From contig OZ220090.1 of the NCBI GenBank assembly GCA_964291625.2, positions 288,001-352,000 of the forward strand: 64,000 nt of DNA, given 5' to 3'. The stretch is from Candidatus Latescibacterota bacterium (GTDB lineage Bacteria > Latescibacterota > UBA2968 > UBA8231). Position numbers and translations under genes: made by a program. Shown here in pieces: positions 56,518 through 64,000 of this stretch (positions are counted from its first letter, which is position 1; each line of letters starts with the position of its first letter). Under the pieces are notes generated by a model. The model was not told the origin of the DNA and searched no databases. It saw only the letters and a program-made list of their open reading frames with translations.

Positions 56518-59016
56518 TCAGGCGGAGCGGGGGCGCAGGATGGCGCCGCCCCGCCGGACGACATCGAAGGAAAGCTCCCGGCCGCCGGCGCGCAGCCGGA
56601 ACCCGTCTTCCTCCTGGACGACCCACGCCTTGGCCGAGCGGCCGCAGAAGGCGAGGACGAGGACGTCGTCGTCGGTTCCCGCCACGAGCCGCGTAGACGC
56701 CTCGGCGGCATCCGGGAGGAAGCTGACGAGGCTGCCGGCGGCCAGTCCCGAGGGCGCGAAGGGGACCTCCTCGGTCCGCAGTTGCAGGCCCTGTCCGAAA
56801 GCGGCGATCACCTCCACCACGCGGGGTCCGGCTCCGAGACGGGCGCGGTTCCTGCCCAGACCGCGCAGCTCCACCGGGTTGAGCCTGAAGGCCAGCTCGC
56901 CGCTGCCGGTCTCGGGACCCGGTCCGAGGGCCGTGTCCACCGTGAGCCGCGGGCGCCCTGGACAGCTCAAATCGACGAGGGCGAGGTCGCACGGCCCCGA
57001 TGCGCCCGGCGTCTGCAGGGCGCCGCCGAAGGCCAGGGAGGTGTGGGGCCGCAGGTAGAAGGTGCGCGGTTCCTGCCGCGAGGCGAGTCCCTGGGAGTCG
57101 CGGCCCATCTCGCCGAAGGTGGCCGGGTCGTCCTGTCGGCTCCCCTTGCGGTCCAGGACCGCCTCCATCCACGGCCGGCCCGAGCGCCGGTTGAAGCCGC
57201 CCCAGCCGATCTCGGCCTCGTGCCAGGCCCCGATCCTCACCCGGCCCGGCGCCGCCACGGTCACCTCGTGGTTGCGCTGGCTCTGCACCGTGAAGCGCAG
57301 GAGGCCGTCCTCTTCCACGACCACCGCGAAGGTGTTGACCCCGGTGCCGCCGATGCCGCCGGCGCCGTGGCCGGCGTTGAACAGGACCCGGGGACCGCCG
57401 AGCCGCCCCCGCAGCCGGAACCGCAGGCGCAGGCGTCCACCGTCGGCGCGGAACCAGGGGCCGGCGTCGTACTGCAGGGCGTCGCCCCCGCTCAGCCGGA
57501 ACACGGGGCCGCCGGAGCCCTCCAGGAGGCGCAGACCCCGAGGGCGGCGCCGCAGGGCCGCCAGCAGGACCGGGTGCTCCCCGGGCCACAGCCAGTACTC
57601 CTGCCCGGTGCGCCGGCCGGAGACGCGCAGCCGCTGCCATTGCCGGGTGGCCTCCAGGCCGCCCAAGAGGGCGACGACCTCGTTCTGGCCGCCCACGGAG
57701 GGCAGGCTGCCGCAGCCCACGGGCTGGGCCTCGGCGGCGCTGATCGTGCGCAGCACGGGGTGGCCCGCCCACTGCACGTGGAGGTTCATGAAGCCGTGGG
57801 CGACGCCGCCGTCGTAGCCGCTGATCCAGAGGACCGCCGCCTCGGGGCCGTGGCCGCTGCGCATCACCGCGGAGCGGCCGGACCGGGCCGAGAACCGGCG
57901 GGCCAGGGGCGGCGGCCGGCGGGATCTCGCGGGGCGGAAGGCGGGGTCGTAGAAGCAGTAGGCGTAAGGGGCGTAGGAGATCATGCACTCCGCCGTCGAG
58001 CCCTTGACGCCGGCGCCGAAGCAGTAGAGGCGGCCCAGGCGCGGGTCGGCGAGGGCGGCGTCGCGCATGGCCCCGTCGCCCGCCTCCTGGGCCAGGCGCA
58101 GCAGGGCGGGGGAGCAGGCGTCGAGCTGGGTGCCGAGGACGGTGGCGTTGGCGGGGTAGTAGAGCCGGTCGGGGATCCGCCGGGGCGCCGCCCGGTGGGC
58201 GCGGAACCAGGTCAGGGGCCGCCGCAGCCGCCCCGGGGCCTCGCGGGCGAGGTCGATGCCGGTGACGTTGCGCAGGGCCTCGGCGAACTGCAGCAGCCAC
58301 AGGTTCTCCCAGGGCCAGAAGGAGGGCCCGTCCACCGGCTCGCCGGCCGGTCCGCAGCCGTGGGGCAGGATGGCGTGGCGGAAACGGTCGATGACCGCCC
58401 GCACCCACTCCTCGGCGTCGGGATGCTCGCCCAGCAGGTGCAGGGCGGCCACCCCGAAGTGGCCGTTGTCGACGACGGCGTGATGCCCGCCTTCGCGCGA
58501 GCGGCGCTGGCCGTCGACGTCCGGCCACCAGCGCTCCAGGAGCCGCACGAGACAGGCCCGGGCCCGGCGCTTCTCGGCGGCGGGCAGCTCCCCGTCCAGC
58601 AGGTCGAGGGCCAGGGCGAAGGCCTGCATGTAGCGGTTGGCCGTGTAGAAGTGCTCCTCCACGGCGTCGTCGTGGTCCCAGGCCGCCGCCGCCCGCAGCC
58701 AGGCGCGGGCCCGGCCGAGCCAGCGGCGGTCGCCCGTCACCCGCCAGGCGAAGGCGTAGTTCTCGATGAGGGCGGTGGCCTGCATGCCGGTGTAGAAGGT
58801 CAGGTAGAGCTGGTGGTAGGGGTGGGGGCTTTCCGGCCGCCGCGGGATGTGGCGCCACGGCCGCCGGTTCCCGTACAGCTCGCAGTCGGCCAGCAGGTTG
58901 GCGAGGATGCGCCGGCGCACGGGGTCGGCCGGCGCCTCGAAGCGGAAGTCCGGATCGTCGGTGGGCCGCAGCAGGCGCGGCCGCTCGCGTCGGATCACCG
59001 GGAGGGCGGTGGGCAT
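56518..59016 (-). CDS. Heparinase II/III- or DUF4962-like polysaccharide lyase-like protein with LamG-like insertion
   Basis: AFAWRVTGDRRWL..A, ALALDLL, NGH, G...DGPSFW, VMRSG, HG..NL. Confidence 0.72.
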   Translation of the reverse strand: MPTALPVIRRERPRLLRPTDDPDFRFEAPADPVRRRILANLLADCELYGNRRPWRHIPRRPESPHPYHQLYLTFYTGMQATALIENYAFAWRVTGDRRWLGRARAWLRAAAAWDHDDAVEEHFYTANRYMQAFALALDLLDGELPAAEKRRARACLVRLLERWWPDVDGQRRSREGGHHAVVDNGHFGVAALHLLGEHPDAEEWVRAVIDRFRHAILPHGCGPAGEPVDGPSFWPWENLWLLQFAEALRNVTGIDLAREAPGRLRRPLTWFRAHRAAPRRIPDRLYYPANATVLGTQLDACSPALLRLAQEAGDGAMRDAALADPRLGRLYCFGAGVKGSTAECMISYAPYAYCFYDPAFRPARSRRPPPLARRFSARSGRSAVMRSGHGPEAAVLWISGYDGGVAHGFMNLHVQWAGHPVLRTISAAEAQPVGCGSLPSVGGQNEVVALLGGLEATRQWQRLRVSGRRTGQEYWLWPGEHPVLLAALRRRPRGLRLLEGSGGPVFRLSGGDALQYDAGPWFRADGGRLRLRFRLRGRLGGPRVLFNAGHGAGGIGGTGVNTFAVVVEEDGLLRFTVQSQRNHEVTVAAPGRVRIGAWHEAEIGWGGFNRRSGRPWMEAVLDRKGSRQDDPATFGEMGRDSQGLASRQEPRTFYLRPHTSLAFGGALQTPGASGPCDLALVDLSCPGRPRLTVDTALGPGPETGSGELAFRLNPVELRGLGRNRARLGAGPRVVEVIAAFGQGLQLRTEEVPFAPSGLAAGSLVSFLPDAAEASTRLVAGTDDDVLVLAFCGRSAKAWVVQEEDGFRLRAGGRELSFDVVRRGGAILRPRSA

Positions 59017-60107
59017 CAGAAGTGGTCGGGCTCCCAGTAGATGACCTGGCGCCGGGGGAACCACGCCTCGAGGTCGTCGACCGCCTCGGGGCCGAGGGGG
59101 ATCCCGCGTCCTCGGAGGACGGGCTCCAAGTCGCGGCCGGAAGACTCGCCGAAGAGCATCCGGCAGGTGAGGTCGTGGGGCAGCCGGCGCACCCACTCCT
59201 CCGCTTCGGGCGCGGCCCGGGCGATCAGGGCGTCCAGGTCCATGGGCAGGACCATCATCGAGGCCTCCCCGGTAAGGTGCAGGTCCGCTGCCGAGGCGCT
59301 GACCAGGGCGTCGACGAAGGGATGGGCATGGGGGATCTCGCCCTCCACCCGCTTCAGCCCGGCCGCCGCGCACTCCCCGAGCAGGTAGCCCACGAGGGCT
59401 TCGAGGGCGGCGGCGCTCTGCCAGGCGACTTCGTTCACCCAGGCGCAGCCATCGGAGTTCTCCCAGTTGATGTACCCGCCGAGGTCGCGGCCGTCGCGGA
59501 CGATGGCGGTGGGCAGCACCCCCCGCACGCGGGAAGGGGTGTAGTCCCAGTAGGGGCGGGGGCGCAGCAGGGTGCCGCTGCGGCCGGCGTTGTGGCGCTG
59601 GTAGAGGGTTGCCGTGTCGTCGAGGTCGCGGCTCTCGTCGAAGGAGCGCGCCTCGAGGCTGGACCGTCCCGGCATGGGAGCCGCCTGCCACTCGGCGCGG
59701 AAACCCATGAGGGGGACGCACGACCAGCCCATGCGCAGGTAGAACCGCGCCGGGATCCCCGCGAACAGCAGGCCGAGGTCGTAGCCGGCGTCGCGCAGGT
59801 GCCCGGCCGTGTGCCGCATGAGCCGCGTCGCCAGGCCGCGGCCCCGGTGGTCGGGATGGGTGGTGACGCCGCCGATGCCGCCCATGCGCACCGGCGTGGC
59901 GCCGAGGTGGACCGACCGGTCCCAGATGCGCAGGGCCGACACCAGGCGGCCGTCCGCCTCGATGACCTGGGTGTGCGACGGGCGCCAGGTGGGGTCGCCC
60001 TCGATGTAGCCCCGGTAGCGCTCGTGGCCCCGGGGGTTGTGGGAGGTGCAGAGCAGGTCGATGAGCTCGTCGAGTTCGGACTCGCGGACGGGGCGGATCG
60101 ATTCCAC
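59016..60107 (-). CDS. Eis-like tandem GNAT N-acetyltransferase (start uncertain; ORF open to 60218)
   Basis: GGIGGVTTHPDHRGRGLA, LLF...FY.RMGW. Confidence 0.87.
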   Translation of the reverse strand: MESIRPVRESELDELIDLLCTSHNPRGHERYRGYIEGDPTWRPSHTQVIEADGRLVSALRIWDRSVHLGATPVRMGGIGGVTTHPDHRGRGLATRLMRHTAGHLRDAGYDLGLLFAGIPARFYLRMGWSCVPLMGFRAEWQAAPMPGRSSLEARSFDESRDLDDTATLYQRHNAGRSGTLLRPRPYWDYTPSRVRGVLPTAIVRDGRDLGGYINWENSDGCAWVNEVAWQSAAALEALVGYLLGECAAAGLKRVEGEIPHAHPFVDALVSASAADLHLTGEASMMVLPMDLDALIARAAPEAEEWVRRLPHDLTCRMLFGESSGRDLEPVLRGRGIPLGPEAVDDLEAWFPRRQVIYWEPDHF

Positions 60108-60244
60108 GGGGATCAGGAAGTCCTGGCGGGCGGGGATGTCGGGGGGAGTCCGAGGTGGTTGCCCGGGGGCGGGGGATGTATCAAGCTCATGGTGGGGGGA
60201 GACAAGATAGAGGCCCATGGGTGAAGGCGCCGGAGGGTGAGTCG

Positions 60245-61000
60245 ATGAATCTGAAGGAGACGACGGCCCTGGTGACGGGGGGCGGCCGCGGCATCGGCCG
60301 GGCGGTGGCCGGGGCGCTGGCGGAGGCGGGCGCCGCCGTGGTGGTGAACTACCTGTCCGACGAGGACGCGGCGCAGCGGACGGTGGAGGGCATCCGGGAC
60401 TCCGGGGGGCGGGCCTGGGCCGTGCAGGCCGACGTGGCCGATCCCGCCCAGGTGGAGGTCCTGTTCGCCGAGACCCGGCGTCTCCTCGGCGGCCGCCTCG
60501 ACATCCTGGTGAACAACGCCGGCGGCCCGGGTGCGCGCCGGCCGCTGGCGGAGCTGGGCCTGGAGGAGTGGCGGCGCTGCCTGGCGGTGAACCTCGACGG
60601 CGTCTTCCTGTGCACCCGGGCGGCCCTGCCGCTGCTGCCCGACGGCCGCGGCCGCGTCGTCAACGTGACCTCCATCTCGGCGCGCTCCGGCGGCGGCCCC
60701 GGGGGCGCTGCCTACGCCGCCGCCAAGGCCGGGGTCAGCAACTTCACGCGCGCCTGCGCCAAGGAGCTGGCGCCGCGGCGGATCACCGTGAACGGCGTCG
60801 CCCCCGGCGTCATCGACACCGACCTGCACCGGCGGGGCACGCCGGCAAAGGAGCTGGCGGCGGTGACCGCCCAGGTCCCCCTCGGGCGCATCGGCAGCGC
60901 CGGGGAAGCGGCGGCGGCGGTGGTCTTCCTCTGCGGCGAGGAGGCCCGATACATCACCGGAGAGATCCTCGAGGTCAACGGCGGCCTGCGCATGGACTGA
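60245..61000 (+). CDS. SDR oxidoreductase (FabG-like)
   Basis: TGGGRGIG, NNAG, YAAAK; GGAGG RBS. Confidence 0.92.
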   Translation: MNLKETTALVTGGGRGIGRAVAGALAEAGAAVVVNYLSDEDAAQRTVEGIRDSGGRAWAVQADVADPAQVEVLFAETRRLLGGRLDILVNNAGGPGARRPLAELGLEEWRRCLAVNLDGVFLCTRAALPLLPDGRGRVVNVTSISARSGGGPGGAAYAAAKAGVSNFTRACAKELAPRRITVNGVAPGVIDTDLHRRGTPAKELAAVTAQVPLGRIGSAGEAAAAVVFLCGEEARYITGEILEVNGGLRMD

Positions 61001-61001
61001 G

Positions 61002-62948
61002 ATGCTCCCTGGATCACGTCAGTCCTCGGGAGTGACGCCGCGCGCGGTGCTCACCGGCGCGGTGCTGATGGGGGTGATCTGCGCGCTCGGCCCCTGGGCG
61101 GTCCTCATGGTCAAGGGATCGCAGCTCACCGGCGGCGCCATTCCGATCATCGCCGTCCTGTTCCTCTTCGTCATGACCGCCGTGGTCGTGCCGGCTCTCC
61201 GAGCGCTCCACCCCCGGCTGGCCTTCTCCCCCTCCGAGGTGATCACCGTCTACGGGATGATGCTGGTCGGCGCGACCATCATCACCGGTTTCACCGGCCA
61301 CTTCCTGTCGGTCATCACCGGGGCCATGTACTACGCCAGCCCCGAGAACGACTGGAAGGCGCTGTTCGTGGAGCATCAGCATCCCTGGGTGTCGCCCACG
61401 GACCCCAGGGCCGTGCAGTTCCTCTACGAGGGACTTCCCGAGGGCATGCCCCTTCCCTGGTCGGCCTGGGTCCGCACGTTTGCCACGTGGATGCCCTTCA
61501 TGGCCGTTCTCTACTGGGTCGTCTTCTGCCTGGCGGTGCTGCTGCGCGGCCAGTGGATCGAGAACGAGCGGCTGCTCTTTCCGCTCACGAGCCTGCCGCT
61601 GGCCATGACCCGGGACGCGGGCCAGTCCGGGGGCTTCGTCAGCCCCCTGTTGAGAAGCCGGCTGATGTGGCTGGGGTTCGTCGTGCCCTTGTTGCTGCAC
61701 TCCTGGAACTCCCTCTCCGCCTACCACGACGGCATTCAGCGCCTGGCCGTGATCGGTTCCTTCAGCCTCCTCGAAGGAGAGGTGAGGGTGCCCTTTCGCC
61801 TCAACTTTCCGATCATCGGCGTGGGCTACCTGATGTCGCTGGGGGTCTCCTTCAGCATCTGGTTCTTCTACGTCCTGGGCGTGGTGCAGACCTGGGCCTT
61901 CGCGCGCATCGGCCTGGACATCGGCGGCGGCGACGTGTGGAACTCCGGTGGCGGCCCTGCGGCGATCATGCACCAGCAGGCCGGGGCCCTCGTCGTCCTG
62001 GTCGGATTCGTGCTGTGGACGGCGCGGAGGCATCTGGGCGGAATGCTGCGCCAGGCCCTGAACGACAAGGGGGGCCGCGAGGAGGTCGTGGCGCCGCGCA
62101 CCGCGGTCATCGGCCTGCTGGCGGGCGTGGCCGTCCTGGTGGCGTGGCTCAACCTGACCGGGCTCAGCCTCTACGTGGCCGCGCTGCTGGTGCTGGGATC
62201 CCTGATCGTCTACATCGGCGTAGCCCGCATCATCTGCGAGGCCGGCCTCCCCGCGGTGCAGACGCCCATGGTGCCCCAGGCCTTCATCACCCGCGGTTTC
62301 GGACCGGCGGTGCTGGGCCTGCGGAACATGACCGGACTGGGGATGAGCACGGTATGGGTGGGGGCCGGGGGGATCACCACCATCACCAGCGCCATGCTTC
62401 ACACCTTCAAGCTGAAGTCCATGGCGGGAGAGCGGCCCGACCGCCGTCTGCCCTGGATCTTCCTCGCGGCCATCGTCGTCGGGATGGCCGGCTCGATCTG
62501 GGTCACCATGCGCCTGTCGTATGCCTACGGCGGCATCAACATGCACGGGTGGTACTTCGAGGGAGCTCCCCGATGGCCCCTGACCTACATGGCCTCGGTC
62601 TACAACGATCCGGAATCGTCCTTCGCGCCGCGGATGCTGTTCACGGGCCTGGGGGCCAGCTTCATGGCCCTGCTCTTCTTCCTGCGCCAGCGCTTTCCCT
62701 GGTGGCCCCTCCACCCTGTCGGCTATCCCATCGCCACCACCTACCCCATCGTCTCCTACGACTGGTTTGCCCTCTTCATGGCCTGGGCCGCCAAGGGACT
62801 GGTCCTGCGCCACGGCGGTGTGCGGGCCTACCGTTCCCTTGTGCCCTTCTTCCTGGGGCTGATCCTGGGCGAGTTCTTCACCGCCTGCATGTGGGTCTTC
62901 ATCGATGGGGCCTGCGGTGTGGAAGGAAACATGATCTTCAATTCCTGA
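61002..62948 (+). CDS. DUF6785/DUF6784-like polytopic membrane protein (paralog of 20850-22850)
   Basis: YYASPENDW, LRGQWIENERLLFPL, RIICEAG, WWPLHPVG, PFFLGLILG. Confidence 0.85.
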   Translation: MLPGSRQSSGVTPRAVLTGAVLMGVICALGPWAVLMVKGSQLTGGAIPIIAVLFLFVMTAVVVPALRALHPRLAFSPSEVITVYGMMLVGATIITGFTGHFLSVITGAMYYASPENDWKALFVEHQHPWVSPTDPRAVQFLYEGLPEGMPLPWSAWVRTFATWMPFMAVLYWVVFCLAVLLRGQWIENERLLFPLTSLPLAMTRDAGQSGGFVSPLLRSRLMWLGFVVPLLLHSWNSLSAYHDGIQRLAVIGSFSLLEGEVRVPFRLNFPIIGVGYLMSLGVSFSIWFFYVLGVVQTWAFARIGLDIGGGDVWNSGGGPAAIMHQQAGALVVLVGFVLWTARRHLGGMLRQALNDKGGREEVVAPRTAVIGLLAGVAVLVAWLNLTGLSLYVAALLVLGSLIVYIGVARIICEAGLPAVQTPMVPQAFITRGFGPAVLGLRNMTGLGMSTVWVGAGGITTITSAMLHTFKLKSMAGERPDRRLPWIFLAAIVVGMAGSIWVTMRLSYAYGGINMHGWYFEGAPRWPLTYMASVYNDPESSFAPRMLFTGLGASFMALLFFLRQRFPWWPLHPVGYPIATTYPIVSYDWFALFMAWAAKGLVLRHGGVRAYRSLVPFFLGLILGEFFTACMWVFIDGACGVEGNMIFNS

Positions 62949-62997
62949 GGCGGCCCCTCCGGGCCGGCGGTCCTCACGGCAACGACGGAGACGAGAG

Positions 62998-64000
62998 ATG
63001 CCCATGCGCGAACGCCCCGACCTGCTGACCGGGGACAGCCCCGAAGGCCTGCGGGTCTTCCAGCTGACCACGGAGGAGTCGCCCTCCTCCCACATCTACA
63101 TGGAGGCGCAGATCTTCACGCCCGACTCGCGGCGGTTCCTCCTCCATCACCCCGCACGGGCCCACGGCGTCGACTTCATGGATCCCGCCCACCGCTACCT
63201 GGTGTGCGATCTCGATTCCGGCGGCGAGCTGACGCCGGTCATCGAGGAGGTGGGCGCCACGGCGCCGTCGGTGTCTCCGGACGGCGGGTTCCTCTACTAC
63301 TTCGTCGACGCCACGACCCCCTGCAAGCCGGGGCGGCTGACCCTCAAGCGGGTCCGCATGGACGGCAGCGGCCGCGAGGAGATCGCCGTCCTCGACGGCG
63401 TCCCCGCCGGCTGGCCGGGGCCGTTCTCGCGGCCGTACTCGCTGTCGACGATCTCCTCCGACGGCGCCCGGCTGGCGATCTCCGGCTTCCTCGGCGACGG
63501 CCGTTCGCAGAACGCGCCCTGGGGGCTGCTGGTCTTCGACGCCGCCTCGGGCGGGGTGGAGCTGATCCTGCAGGGGCCGTCGTGGTGCAACGTCCACGCC
63601 CAGTACTGCCGGTCCACCGACCCCGAGGCCGCGCGCGACATCCTGATCCAGGAGAACCACGGCAACCTCTGCGACGCCACGGGCCGCTGCACGCAACTGG
63701 TGGGCGGCGAGGGCGCCGACGTGCACGTCATCCGCGACGACGGCACCGGGTTCCGCGACCTGCCCTGGGGGCGCGACGGCAACGAGTTCTGCCAGGGACA
63801 CCAGTGCTGGGTCGGCCGCAGCCGGCGCGCCATCACCAGCACCTCCCGGCGCGAGCCCCGCGGCGCCGAGTTGATCGAGGGGAGCGCCGCGCCCCACGCG
63901 GGCCACCTGGGGCTGCGCACGCCGGGAGGGCGGCGCAACGATCTGACCCGCCGCCTCCCGGAGCCCGACTTCTGGCACTTCGCCACCGACATCGCCGGGC
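62998..64000 (+). CDS. Beta-propeller protein, oligogalacturonate-lyase/TolB-like; 3'-truncated by window edge
   Basis: Hand translation MPMRERPDLL...RVFQLT..SSHIYMEAQIFTPDSRRFLLH...NVHAQY...QGHQCW; no stop seen before the end, hence absent from the ORF track. Confidence 0.72.
   Translation, partial: MPMRERPDLLTGDSPEGLRVFQLTTEESPSSHIYMEAQIFTPDSRRFLLHHPARAHGVDFMDPAHRYLVCDLDSGGELTPVIEEVGATAPSVSPDGGFLYYFVDATTPCKPGRLTLKRVRMDGSGREEIAVLDGVPAGWPGPFSRPYSLSTISSDGARLAISGFLGDGRSQNAPWGLLVFDAASGGVELILQGPSWCNVHAQYCRSTDPEAARDILIQENHGNLCDATGRCTQLVGGEGADVHVIRDDGTGFRDLPWGRDGNEFCQGHQCWVGRSRRAITSTSRREPRGAELIEGSAAPHAGHLGLRTPGGRRNDLTRRLPEPDFWHFATDIAG

Noticed and set aside
60125-60200. G-run cluster with GGCGGGG(G)ATGT repeated twice in a divergent promoter region (possible G-quadruplex or operator)
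   Set aside because: Such runs are expected by chance at this GC content; no independent support.

Overview
Very GC-rich bacterial window (about 50 real CDS; most long ORFs in the track are shadow ORFs). No rRNA, tRNA, CRISPR array or transposase was seen. The gene content suggests a Latescibacterota/Poribacteria-like, possibly sponge-associated, bacterium; this is inference only. It rests on an ankyrin-protein cluster, five PhyH-type 2OG/Fe(II) dioxygenases, two DUF6785/6784-like membrane proteins, DUF4838, heparinase-, sialidase- and GH32-like enzymes, and an EF-hand/FlgD-Ig sorting tail. Main blocks: (1) 1-13 kb, ankyrin fusions and secreted proteins; (2) 13-24.8 kb, glycan enzymes, an ATPase, a DUF6785-like protein and a TA pair; (3) 24.8-39.9 kb, an uncharacterised catabolic cluster, the best candidate for an undescribed system. 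It contains a probable two-subunit amidohydrolase-fold dinuclear monooxygenase plus Rieske ferredoxin, three PhyH dioxygenases, an SDR with YxxxM, a 2-hydroxyacid dehydrogenase, E1alpha/E1beta with a lipoyl carrier lacking an acyltransferase domain, an SBP-permease fusion, and divergently RidA plus a PAL-like lyase; (4) 40-50 kb, a lower-GC accessory patchwork (HEPN-like gene plus TA pair, atypical RNase H, PhyH-Nudix fusion); (5) 50-64 kb, a DegT/cysteine hydrolase/deacetylase operon and a GAG-lyase-like locus. Six single-base frameshifts in short homopolymers look like long-read errors; they create two false fusions and hide one probable real fusion. Family names come from motif recognition by eye, not database searches.
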